64,000 nucleotides of DNA from Nitrospirota bacterium (GTDB taxonomy: Bacteria > Nitrospirota > JACRHJ01): contig CAWJRJ010000021.1 in assembly GCA_963845245.1 (NCBI GenBank), positions 160,001 through 224,000 of the forward strand, in the 5' to 3' direction. Of this stretch, positions 19,251-29,633 are shown one piece after another; the first letter of the stretch is position 1; each line of letters starts with the position of its first letter. The notes under the pieces were generated by a model. That model saw nothing but the letters and a program-made list of their open reading frames with translations, was not told where the DNA came from and ran no database searches. The position numbers and the translations under genes are program-made.

Positions 19251-20957
19251 ATGGCGGCAGGCAGGCTTGGTCAAATGCTGGTGGTTGCGAAGCTTATTAC
19301 CGAGGATCAGCTCGGTAAGGCCCTCGCCGCGCAGCAGAAAGACGGGGGTCGGCTGGGTTCAAACCTGGTCAGGCTCGGCTTTATCGACGAAGACAAGCTG
19401 ATAGGCTTCCTTAGCAAACAGTACGGCATCCCGGCCGTAAACCTCGGTGAAATCGAGATCGACCCCAGCGTCTGCAAGCTCATCCCGAGCGACGTAGTAC
19501 AAAAATACCAGATAATGCCGATAAACAGGACGGGCGCAACGATCACGATAGCGATGGTGGACCCCTCCAACGTGTTCGCGCTCGACGACGTGAAGTTCAT
19601 GACCGGCTACAACGTGGAGCCGGTAGTCGCGTCCGAGGCCGCCATAAAGGCCGCGGCGAACAAGTATTACGATACCGCCGAGGCGATGAAAGACGTCATG
19701 GCAAGCCTGAAGGAGGGCGACGCCAACCTCGACCTCATAATGGATGAGGAGGAAGAGGTCAACGTAGGCGAGCTGAAGCTGGCGGTCGAGGACGCCCCGG
19801 TCGTAAAGCTGGTCAACCTCATCCTTTCCGACGCCATCTCAAAAGGTGCCAGCGACATCCACATCGAGCCATATGAAAAATCGTTCAGGGTCCGCTACCG
19901 CATAGACGGCGTGCTCTACGAGACGATGCAGCCGCCCATGAGGCTTAAGGCCGCGCTCTGTTCCAGGATAAAGATCATGTCCGAGCTGGACATATCGGAG
20001 AGGCGTCTGCCGCAGGACGGCCGCATAAAGCTGAAGATGAAGGGCAAGGAGGTGGACCTGCGCGTTTCCACCCTCCCGACCCTCTTCGGCGAGAAGATAG
20101 TCATGAGGATACTGGACAAGGGCAACCTCCAGCTCGACCTCGCAAAGCTGGGATTCGAGGAGAAGGCCGGCAAGGACTTCTTCAAGGCCATAAACAGCCC
20201 GTACGGCATGGTGCTCGTCACCGGCCCCACCGGAAGCGGCAAGTCCACGACGCTCTACTCCGCGCTGTCAAACGTCAACAAGGTAGACGTTAACATCATG
20301 ACCGCGGAAGACCCCGTCGAGTACAACCTGAGCGGCATTAACCAGGTACAGATGAAGGAGGAGATAGGCCTGAACTTCGCCGCGACGCTGCGCTCCTTTC
20401 TTCGTCAGGACCCGGATGTCATAATGGTCGGCGAGATAAGGGACTACGAGACGGCCGAGATCGCCGTCAAGGCGGCGCTTACCGGCCACCTGGTGCTCTC
20501 CACGCTCCACACGAACGACGCCCCAGGCACGGTCAACAGGCTCCTGAACATGGGTATCGAGCCGTTCCTGGTCGCCTCCTCCTGCCTCCTGATACTAGCC
20601 CAGAGGCTGGCCAGGAAGGTATGCCAGAACTGCAAGGAGCCCGAGAAGATCCCGCCGCAGGCCCTGGTGGACATAGGCTTCACCGAGGAGGAATCCAAGG
20701 AGGTCGTCTGCTACAAGGGCAAGGGCTGCGACCTGTGCGGCGGGACAGGCTACAAGGGCAGGATAGCCCTTTACGAGGTCATGCCGATAAGCGAAAGTAT
20801 AAAGGAACTTATACTTGAAGGCGCTTCCGCCGCGGAGATAAAGAAGGCTATGCTGGCCGACGGCTGCAAGTCGCTGCGCGGGAGCGGGCTCAACAAAATA
20901 AAGATGGGCGTTTCCTCAGTCGAAGAAATATTAAGAGTAACATTCGGAGACCAATAA
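19251..20957 (+). CDS. pilB: Type IV pilus assembly ATPase
   Basis: MshEN-like RLGxML N-terminus, ASDIHIEP, RLPQDGR, GPTGSGKST, LRQDPD, tetra-Cys motif. Confidence 0.97.
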   Translation: MAAGRLGQMLVVAKLITEDQLGKALAAQQKDGGRLGSNLVRLGFIDEDKLIGFLSKQYGIPAVNLGEIEIDPSVCKLIPSDVVQKYQIMPINRTGATITIAMVDPSNVFALDDVKFMTGYNVEPVVASEAAIKAAANKYYDTAEAMKDVMASLKEGDANLDLIMDEEEEVNVGELKLAVEDAPVVKLVNLILSDAISKGASDIHIEPYEKSFRVRYRIDGVLYETMQPPMRLKAALCSRIKIMSELDISERRLPQDGRIKLKMKGKEVDLRVSTLPTLFGEKIVMRILDKGNLQLDLAKLGFEEKAGKDFFKAINSPYGMVLVTGPTGSGKSTTLYSALSNVNKVDVNIMTAEDPVEYNLSGINQVQMKEEIGLNFAATLRSFLRQDPDVIMVGEIRDYETAEIAVKAALTGHLVLSTLHTNDAPGTVNRLLNMGIEPFLVASSCLLILAQRLARKVCQNCKEPEKIPPQALVDIGFTEEESKEVVCYKGKGCDLCGGTGYKGRIALYEVMPISESIKELILEGASAAEIKKAMLADGCKSLRGSGLNKIKMGVSSVEEILRVTFGDQ

Positions 20958-22059
20958 TGGCAAACCTTCACCAGATGCTCCAGACACTTATCGACAAAGG
21001 GGCTTCCGACCTCCACATCACCACCGGGTCGCCCCCTCAGCTAAGGATCGACGGCGAGCTTATGCCGATGAACCTGCCGCCGCTTTCAGCCGCGGAGACG
21101 AAACAGCTCTGCTACAGCATTCTCACGGACGTGCAGAAGCACAAGTTCGAGGAGAACGACGAACTGGACCTTTCGTTCGGCATAAAGGGGCTCTCCCGCT
21201 TCAGGGCCAACGTCTTCATGCAGCGCGGCGCGGTTGCGGCCGCCATCAGGACGATACCGTTCAAGATACAGAGCCTGGAGGAACTGAACCTGCCCCCGGT
21301 CGTGAGCGAGCTTGTCAACAAGCCCAGAGGGCTCATACTCGTTACAGGGCCGACCGGCAGCGGCAAGTCGACCACGCTTGCCTCGATGGTGGACAGGATA
21401 AACAGCGAACGGCACGAACACATCATGACGGTGGAAGACCCGATCGAGTTCCTCCACCAGCACAAGAAGGCGCTTGTGAACCAGCGGGAGGTCGGCGCGG
21501 ACACCAAGAGCTTCAAGCTGGCCCTTAAGTACGTCCTCAGGCAGGACCCGGACGTGGTGCTGATAGGCGAGCTCAGGGACCTTGAGACGATAGAGGCGGC
21601 CCTGACGGTCTCGGAGACCGGCCACCTTGCCCTCGCGACCCTGCACACCAACTCGGCGGTACAGACCATAAACAGGATAGTGGACGTATTCCCGCCGTAC
21701 CAGCAGCCCCAGATCAGGGCCCAGCTCTCCTTCGTACTTGAGGGGATAATGGCCCAGCAGCTTCTCCCGAAGATGAGCGGGCAGGGCAGGGTCCTGGCCA
21801 TGGAGGTGCTGGTGCCAAACCCCGCCATCAGGAACCTCATCAGGGAAGACAAGATCCACCAGATATACTCGACTATGCAGACCGGACAGTCCAAGTTCGG
21901 CATGCAGACGATGAACCAGTCGCTTCTTGACCTTGTACCAAAAGAGGATAATATCCTATGATGAGGCGCTCGGCAGAAGCCCGGTCCCGGACGAGTTCCT
22001 AACCATGGTATCGCAGGGCGCCCGGCGAGACGCCGGGTCAGCCGGTGCGGAAAAAGTAG
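20957..22059 (+). CDS. pilT: Type IV pilus retraction ATPase (C-terminal frameshift; end approximate)
   Basis: SDLHI, GPTGSGKSTT, EDPIE, NQREVG, TLHTNSA, AIRNLIRE, GMQTM. Confidence 0.95.
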
Positions 22060-22098
22060 GTTTGAATTGTCCTTGTCTATCTGAAAAGGAGCTGTGAA

Positions 22099-23324
22099 AT
22101 GGCGGCTACAACAACAACCTTTGCCTGGGCCGGTAAGAGCAGAGACGGCAAGCTGCAGAAGGGTGAGACGGTTGCCTCGAACAAAGACGAGGTAATGGCC
22201 CTGCTTAGAAAGCAGGGTATAATCGTTACCTCGGTCAATGCCAAGAGCAAGGGCGGCGGATTAAGTATCCCGGGGTTTGGCGGCGGGGTGTCGGACAAAG
22301 ACATCATTGTCTTCACCAGGCAGTTCGCCACCATGATAGACGCGGGCCTCCCCCTGGTGCAGTGCCTTGAGATACTCGGGAACCAGACCGATAACAAGGT
22401 GCTTGCCAAGGCAATAGGCGAGATAAGGGAAAACGTCGAGTCGGGCTCCACTTATGCCGACGCCCTTTCGAAACACCCCAAGATATTCAACGACCTTTAC
22501 GTCAACCTCGTCGCGGCAGGCGAGGTCGGCGGAATACTGGACACCATCCTCGGCCGCCTTACCGCATACATTGAAAAGAACATGAAGCTCAAAAAACAGA
22601 TAAAGTCCGCCATGGTCTACCCTGCGGTGGTTATGACGGTCGCGGTCGGCGTCATCAGCGGTCCTAATGATATTCGTCATACCCATGTTCGCCAAGATGT
22701 TCACGGACATGGGCGGCCAGCTCCCCGGGCCGACACAGATAGTAATAAGCATAAGCGACTTCATGGTGTCCAAAAAAATGCTGCTCGTGCTCGCCGCCAT
22801 CGTTGCCGTTATTGTAGGCATTAAAAAATTCTATAATACGAAAAAAGGCCGTTTGCTGATGGACTCGTGGTTTTTGAAGGCGCCGATAGTCGGCCCGCTT
22901 ATCAGGAAGATAGCGGTCTCGAAGTTCACCAGGACTCTGGGCACACTTATGGGCGCGGGCGTCCCCATCATGGACGGCCTGGAGATCGTCGCCAAGACGG
23001 CTGGAAACAAGGTGGTCGAAAACACCGTCATGGCTACGAGGTCCAGCATCAGCGAGGGCAAGACCCTTTCCGAACCGCTTTTGCAGTCGGGTGTCTTTCC
23101 CGCCGATGGTGACCCAGATGATATCCGTCGGCGAGACCACCGGCGCGCTTGACGCCATGCTCTCGAAAATTGCCGACTTCTACGACGACGAGGTGGACAC
23201 AGCCGTCGACGCCATGACGGCGGCGCTTGAGCCCGCCCTTATGGTCTTCCTCGGTATCGGCGTCGGCTTCATTATCATCGCGATGTACCTCCCTATATTC
23301 AAGCTAGCAAGCGTCGTCGGATGA
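22099..23324 (+). CDS. pilC: Type IV pilus inner-membrane platform protein (two frameshifts)
   Basis: FTRQFATMIDAGLPL, AGEVGG, KSAMVYP, FPPMVTQMISVGE, AMYLPIF. Confidence 0.95.
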
Positions 23325-23345
23325 CGGGACGCGGCATAAGGCAGG

Positions 23346-24964
23346 ATGAAAACCCAGGAGATCAGGTACAAGGTCCGGTTGCTGATGATCCTGAGGGTGA
23401 CGGTCATCACCCTCCTCCTGGGGTCCCTGGCCGTCCTGCAGTTCCACCAGAACCGCCAGCTTACCCCGGCGGTCTACTTCATAATCGCCGCCACCTATTT
23501 CCTTACCATAGTCTACGCCCTTGTCTACAACAGCATAAAAGACGTGTCGGTCTTTGCCTACGTCCAGATCTTCGGGGACGTGCTGCTGGCGACAGCGGTC
23601 GTCTACAGCACGGGCGGGCTTGACAGCCCCTTCTCGTTCACCTACCTCTTCTCCATTATCGCAGCCGGGCTTATCCTGCCAAGGATGGGCAGCATTATCT
23701 TTGCCTCGCTGTCCGGTGTAGCCTACGGCGTGCTGGTAGGGATGCAATACTATGGCGCGATACTCTCCTTGCCTGCCAGGACATACAGCGTAAGCGAGCT
23801 TGTCTACAACATATTCCTGACTATCGTGCCGTTCTACCCGGTCGGCTTCCTTGTCAGCAGACTCTCCGACAGGCTGAAGCTTACCAAGGAGAAACTCGAA
23901 GAGAAGAGTATCGACCTCCAGGAACTTCAGGCGCTGAACGAAAGCATCGTCAGGAGCATGGCCGACGGCATGATGACCGTCGGCCTGGACGGAAGGATCA
24001 CCGGTTTCAACAAGGCGGCTGAAGAGATAACCGGCAGGCCGGCGTCCGAGGTCGTGGGCATGCTCGTTCTCGGAGGTTTTCAACTGGCTGGGGATCGAGA
24101 CGTTCTTCGACGACATAGAGGCGGCCGGCAAGCTTCCCTACCGGTACGACCTGAAGTTCGACGGCCCCGGCAAAGAACTGACACTCGGCGTCACCCTCTC
24201 GTCGCTGAGGAACGAGAAAGGCGAGATCAAGGGGTTGCTGGGCATCTTCCAGGACCTGACGCCCATGAAGGAGATGGAGGAGGAGATCAAGAAGAAGGAC
24301 CGCCTCGCGGCGATCGGCGAACTCTCCGCCGGCATGGCGCATGAGATAAGGAACCCGCTGGCCTCGCTTTCCGGCTCCCTGCAGGTATTGAAGGAGGACC
24401 TCCATCTTTCCGAGGACAACAGCCACCTGATGGAGATAGCCCTCAACGAGATGGACAGGCTGAACAACATCGTCACCCAGTTCCTGTCCTATGCCAGGCC
24501 CACCACCCCTTCCAAGGAACTTTGCGACATCACATCGATAGTCAGGGATACGGTCGGACCTTATAACCAACAGCAGGGATTTCGGGGAAGGCATAAGCCT
24601 GAAGACCGAGCTTCCGGAGACCCAGCTTATCATGTGGGCCGACCCGGGCCAGATGAGGCAGATATTGTATAACCTTGCTATAAACGCGCTCCAGTCGTTG
24701 CAGGATGCCGGTACGATCATCATCAAGGTGTTCGCCAGGGGAGAGGATATGATCATAGAGGTGCAGGACGACGGGGAGGGGATACAGGAGGAGGACATCA
24801 ACAAGATATTTTATCCGTTCTTCTCCACAAAAACGGGCGGCTCAGGGCTTGGGCTCGCCATAGTTTACAGGATAGTTGAAGACCATGGGGGGACTATAAG
24901 AGTGCAAAGCGGGCCAGGGACCGGGACGAGGTTTACCCTTTCCATCCCGTCGGGGGTGTATTGA
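23346..24964 (+). CDS. pilS: Sensor histidine kinase PilS (two frameshifts)
   Basis: TM region with TGGLDSPF, PAS, AHEIRNPL, N/G boxes; canonical position in the locus. Confidence 0.9.
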
Positions 24965-26328
24965 TGGGCAGGATACTGATAGTAGACGACGAAAAGAGCA
25001 TGCGCGAGCTGCTCACCATAATGCTCAGGAAAGACGGCCATGAGACCGTTATGGCCGAGGACGGCCAAAAGGCGATCAAGCTTATAAAAGAGGATATCTT
25101 CGACCTCGTGATCACCGACGTCAAGATGCCGAAGGTCGGCGGGATCGAAGTGCTCAAGGCGGTCAAGGAGGCGTCTCCCGACACGGTGGTGATAATGATA
25201 ACGGCCTTCGCCACAGCCGAGACGGCCGTCGAGGCCATGAAGGAGGGCGCCTACGACTACATAACCTGAAGCCCTTCAAGGTGGACGAGATAAAGCTCGT
25301 CTTCAGGAACGCCCTGGAGAAGAGAAGGCTCGATGGCGGAGAACGTCCTGCTGAGGCGGGAGGTCGAGGCCGAGAAGGGCTTCGAAAACTTCGTCGGCAG
25401 GTCCCCCGTTATGATCAAGGTGTTCGACCTGATATCGAAGGTAGCGGACAAGCGCAGCACCGTCCTTATAACAGGCGAGTCGGGCACGGGCAAGGAACTG
25501 GCCGCAAGGGCTATACACAACCTGGGCGGGAGGAGGGACAGGCCGTTCGTGTACATCCACTGCGGCGCCCTGCCCGAGCAGCTCCTGGAGTCCGAGCTCT
25601 TCGGACACGTCAAGGGCTCCTTCACCGGGGCGGTGGACAACAAGCAGGGGCTCTTCGAGGTGGCCGAGGGGGGCACCGTCTTCCTGGACGAGATAAGCGA
25701 GACGACGCCGGCCTTCCAGGTTAAGCTCCTGCACGTATTGCAGGAAAGGGAGTTCAAGAGGGTGGGCGGGACGACTGACATAAAGGTGGACGTGCGGGTC
25801 GTCGCCGCGACGAACAGGGACCTGCAGAAGGAGATAGAGGCCGGGAATTTCAGGGAGGACCTCTACTACAGGCTGAACGTCATACCTCTTACCATGCCGC
25901 CGCTCAGGGACAGAAAGGATGACATCCCCCTCCTGGTGGATTATTTCCTGGGAAAATTCAAAAGGGCGGGCGTGGCCGATAAGATGTCGTCTGAGGCCAT
26001 GAACTTGTTGATGGGGTACTCATGGCCGGGCAACGTGAGGGAGCTTGCAAACATCATAGAACGGGCGTGCGCGCTGTCTGAGGGGGGGCTCATAACATCG
26101 GAACACCTCCCTGCCGAGATGTCCGGCCGCTGCAAAGAAATGCGCTTGTCCATGGGAGATATACCCGGCGAGGGTATGGACCTGGAGCGCCTTTTAGACG
26201 ACATGGAGAAGGATTACCTCCTGAAGGCGCTGTCCAGGACAGGTGGCGCCAAGATGGAGGCCGCGAGGCTTCTAGGCCTTAGTTTCCCCTCGTTCAGGCA
26301 CAGGCTGAAGAAATACGGTATCGAGTGA
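24961..26328 (+). CDS. pilR: Sigma54-dependent response regulator PilR (frameshifted)
   Basis: Receiver domain, [40 protein letters not shown], Fis-type HTH. Confidence 0.92.
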
Positions 26329-26343
26329 TGAAACCCATCACTC
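26323..26343. promoter_or_regulatory. Palindrome GAGTGATG-N5-CATCACTC, candidate PilR enhancer site 1
   Basis: Perfect inverted repeat about 105 bp upstream of a GG-N10-GC element; recurs at 27030 and 28594. Confidence 0.6.
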
Positions 26344-26447
26344 GATGCGCAGTCCCGCAATCACCGGCAGTAAACACCATTATGTGATATTGAATAATAT
26401 GCTATAGATACAACATGATATCATAATTAACTGTGTTACTGGTTGTT

Positions 26448-26463
26448 AGGTGCACATATTGCA
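26448..26463 (+). promoter_or_regulatory. Candidate sigma54 promoter of pilin 1
   Basis: AGGTGCACATATTGCA: GG-N10-GC spacing with TTGCA at -12. Confidence 0.55.
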
Positions 26464-26512
26464 TGTATAATTATATCCAGAATAGTATCTGCACCGGTAT
26501 CTAGTATGCCCG

Positions 26513-27022
26513 ATGCATGCCGATAATGCCGATAATACGAGGTTAAGTCTGATGGCAGGTCTGGCCAGACGGGTCCTGAGAAGCGGCAAGGGCTTCACGC
26601 TTATCGAGCTGATGATAGTGGTCGCCATCATAGGCATCCTGGCCGCCATCGCCATCCCGAACTTCCTCAAATACCAGGCCAAGTCAAAGCAGACCGAGGC
26701 GAAGGCGAACGTTGCCTCGATCTACACAAATGCCGAGACCTGGTATGCGGAGCATGACACCTTCAGCCTCGCAGGACATGCGGTAGCCGACCTTAATTGG
26801 ATACCCATCAGCCGGACACGCTATGACTACTACTATGACGCGACCTTGTTGCGTGCCCATGTGCTCCCCGCAGGCGGAGGTCCAATGCCCGCCACCGCCG
26901 TGCATTCTACTCCAAGTACATTCGTGGCAGTCGCATCGGGCGACATCGGGCAAGGCGCTGGCACGGACCAGTGGACCATCGACCAGAGCAGGAACGTTAT
27001 AAACCTCCCCGTCGGCTATTAA
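26513..27022 (+). CDS. pilA: Type IVa pilin 1 (start possibly 26552)
   Basis: [26 protein letters not shown] prepilin motif. Confidence 0.9.
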   Translation: MHADNADNTRLSLMAGLARRVLRSGKGFTLIELMIVVAIIGILAAIAIPNFLKYQAKSKQTEAKANVASIYTNAETWYAEHDTFSLAGHAVADLNWIPISRTRYDYYYDATLLRAHVLPAGGGPMPATAVHSTPSTFVAVASGDIGQGAGTDQWTIDQSRNVINLPVGY

Positions 27023-27029
27023 CCGGCAA

Positions 27030-27066
27030 GTGATGGTTTTCATCACCGACAAGACGTAAATCATCA
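27030..27066. promoter_or_regulatory. Tandem candidate PilR enhancer sites
   Basis: GTGATG-N5-CATCAC followed by degenerate GACG-N5-CATCAC. Confidence 0.6.
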
Positions 27067-27175
27067 CCCATCAGGTCGATATCGCCGGTATGTTACTTAT
27101 TGCAGTACGGCATCCCTGAACCAAAACACTCGCAAAAACCGGACTTTACTAATATCGGGTGGCTTCGGCCCAGGC

Positions 27176-27191
27176 TGGCACATATATTGCT
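27176..27191 (+). promoter_or_regulatory. Sigma54 promoter of pilin 2
   Basis: TGGCACATATATTGCT matches the TGGCAC-N5-TTGC consensus. Confidence 0.85.
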
Positions 27192-27324
27192 ACTATTTAA
27201 AGCAGAAGCGAAATATAATAATTAGCCCAGAAGAAGGGGGGGATGGTAAAAAGGGTCAGGCGACCGAACAAAGGGCAAAACATTAATAGTCTAACGCAGG
27301 TCAAAACACGAAAGGGACAACAAA

Positions 27325-27870
27325 ATGTTCAAGATGTTAAACAACAAAAAAGGCTTTACGCTCATCGAGCTCATGATCGTCGTCGCCATCATAGGCATCT
27401 TGGCTGCCATAGCCATACCGAACTTCCTCAAGTACCAGGCGAAGTCGAAGACGTCTGAGGCCAAGGTCAACTTGAAGGCCATATTCACCAGCGAGCAGTC
27501 GTACTACGCAGAGAAAAACATATATGACACCCTGACCCTGGTCAACTACGTGCCTGCAGGCGGCTGGCAGGCGGTCAAGTACTACGATTTCAGTGATATC
27601 GTCGCCGGCACGGGTGTATATGGTGCAGGCTTGACTTCGCCAGAAGTAGGTGCCGTTCTTAACCCGTATGCCCTTCCTTCTAACGGCTGGGGTGGACCGG
27701 ATGCCGGCGTTACCTCCAACGGCCCTTGCGGCATAATTGCGCCTGCGGCGGGTGTCCCGGCCTCCTTCGTGGTCAGGGCCTGGGGTACGATTACCTCCGG
27801 CGCCGGGAAAGACGACTGCTGGAGCATCAACGACCAGAACAACCTCGTGAACGAGCAGAACGGCGTCTAA
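27325..27870 (+). CDS. pilA: Type IVa pilin 2 (probable major pilin)
   Basis: KKG|FTLIEL motif, consensus sigma54 promoter, own terminator, C-terminal Cys pair. Confidence 0.93.
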   Translation: MFKMLNNKKGFTLIELMIVVAIIGILAAIAIPNFLKYQAKSKTSEAKVNLKAIFTSEQSYYAEKNIYDTLTLVNYVPAGGWQAVKYYDFSDIVAGTGVYGAGLTSPEVGAVLNPYALPSNGWGGPDAGVTSNGPCGIIAPAAGVPASFVVRAWGTITSGAGKDDCWSINDQNNLVNEQNGV

Positions 27871-27898
27871 TCAAGCCGGATATCTGCATTGTTAGTAA

Positions 27899-27930
27899 CC
27901 GGGGGCATGGTGACATGCCCCCGGTTTTTT
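27899..27930 (+). terminator. Intrinsic terminator after pilin 2
   Basis: CCGGGGGCATG-loop-CATGCCCCCGG followed by T6. Confidence 0.85.
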
Positions 27931-28110
27931 GTCCATGTGTTCCTTCGTGCAGCATAAACCTGAGCGGCTCGGTTTTTGGTCTTGACTTTCCCCTCATATC
28001 GGCATAAGTTGTAAAAAAAAGCATGCTTGAGTGTTTTTAGCATGGATTTTGCTTATAGTTGGTCTAATCGTTAATTTTTTTTAATCTTATGCAAGAAATG
28101 AGGGGCAATA

Positions 28111-28596
28111 ATGGGAAGGGTTTTTAACGATAAGGGGTTCACGCTGATAGAGCTTATGCTGGTGGTTGCGATAATCGGAGTGTTGTCCTCGATAGCAATA
28201 CCAAACTTCTTGGACTTCAGGTCCAAGGCAAGGCAGGCGGAGGCCACCTCGAACCTTGGCGCGATCTTCACCGACGAGCAGTCGTATTTCGCCATGAAAG
28301 ATACGTTTTCCGACGACCTTATATTGATCGGCACTGGAGTTACAGGCAGTTACAAGCGCTACGACTTTACGGCAAACGAGACTTTTGCGCCAGGCAAATG
28401 GGTTGGGCTGTCCGGGATTCCCGGAAACGGGCCGCCTGTCGGCACCGTTATCAATCTGGACGTAGCGCCATATGCGACCAATATTGGCTTTGTCGCCATC
28501 GCGGTAGGCGATATAGACGGAGACGGGATCTACGACACCTATAGCATCAATAACAATGGCAGGCTCCACAACGACTACAGTGACATTCTTCATTGA
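28111..28596 (+). CDS. pilA: Type IVa pilin 3
   Basis: [28 protein letters not shown]-terminal GDIDGDGIYD. Confidence 0.9.
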   Translation: MGRVFNDKGFTLIELMLVVAIIGVLSSIAIPNFLDFRSKARQAEATSNLGAIFTDEQSYFAMKDTFSDDLILIGTGVTGSYKRYDFTANETFAPGKWVGLSGIPGNGPPVGTVINLDVAPYATNIGFVAIAVGDIDGDGIYDTYSINNNGRLHNDYSDILH

Positions 28597-28649
28597 TGAA
28601 AATCATCACCTGTAGCTGATGGAAATGGTATCCTTCCGGATGTTGATAA

Positions 28650-28680
28650 CGGGGGCATGGCGACATGCCCCCGGTTTTTT
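28650..28680 (+). terminator. Intrinsic terminator after pilin 3 (copy of the pilin 2 terminator)
   Basis: CGGGGGCATG-loop-CATGCCCCCG, then G and T6. Confidence 0.8.
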
Positions 28681-28763
28681 GTTTATGCGTTCCCTCTTGG
28701 CAAGTGACGGATATTGTAGTATAATCCCCCCAAATATTACTGGATATCAGGAGGCCGCATAAA

Positions 28764-29633
28764 TTGAAGCCAGGCGCCTACGCCGTCATTTTCCTTTTGT
28801 TTCTCTCCGCCGGGGCGGCGTTGTACACCGTGCAGCTCAGGCTGGACGCAAGCAGGGGCGAAAGGAAGACGGCCGAGGAGTTCATGTACCTGCCCGGCGC
28901 TCAGTACCTCAAGGTGGCCTCGCTCGGTTACGAGCAGGTCCTGGCAGACCTCTTGTGGCTTCAGACCATACAGCACCTCGGGGAAAGGAATATATCCGGG
29001 GCCGGATACGACTGGATTTACAAGGCTCTTGATACCGTTACCACGCTGGACCCGAAATTCCTGATGCCCTATGCAGCGGGCAGCCTGTCCCTCACCATAG
29101 AGGCGGGGAAGGTGGACCTTTCGATCAAGCTGCTCAAAAAAGGCGTCGAAAACATCCCGGATAACTGGCAATTGCCGTTCTATCTGGGATTCAATTACTT
29201 TTTTTATTCAAAAGACTATAAATCGGCGGCAAAGTACATTGAGATGGCCGCGTCCAAGCCCGGCAGCCCGCCCTACCTTCCGGCGCTCGCCTCGCGGCTG
29301 TACGTGGAGGCCGAAGACCCGGCCTACGCCCTGCAGTTCCTCCTGAGGATGTACGAGAACACCAAAGACGAGAAGATGCGCGAAAGCCTCTTAACGCGCA
29401 TCAATCTCCTGAAGGCGGCCGTGGACGTCAAGGTGTTGCAGGAGACCGTGGACCTCTATATCAAGAAGACGGGCAGGAAACCTTCCGGCCTTGACGAACT
29501 TGTGTCTGCGGGTTTCTTAAAGGGCATACCCGAGGAGCCGAACGGCGGTTACTACTATATCGGCGATGACGGCAAGGTCCACAGCAGCAAACTTAACGTA
29601 GAGCTGGGCATCTATACCAGGGGAGGGCGATAA
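28764..29633 (+). CDS. Pilus-associated TPR-like membrane protein (Myxococcus PilG-like)
   Basis: N-terminal TM, ADLLWLQTIQ, LDPKF, WQLPFYLGF; lies between the pilins and the ABC transporter. Confidence 0.7.
   Translation: MKPGAYAVIFLLFLSAGAALYTVQLRLDASRGERKTAEEFMYLPGAQYLKVASLGYEQVLADLLWLQTIQHLGERNISGAGYDWIYKALDTVTTLDPKFLMPYAAGSLSLTIEAGKVDLSIKLLKKGVENIPDNWQLPFYLGFNYFFYSKDYKSAAKYIEMAASKPGSPPYLPALASRLYVEAEDPAYALQFLLRMYENTKDEKMRESLLTRINLLKAAVDVKVLQETVDLYIKKTGRKPSGLDELVSAGFLKGIPEEPNGGYYYIGDDGKVHSSKLNVELGIYTRGGR

Noticed and set aside
26513..28596. Neisseria-style silent pilS cassettes or a shufflon
   Set aside because: All three pilins have complete leaders and N-termini and the same orientation. 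Many synonymous differences argue against ongoing conversion, and no recombinase is present.
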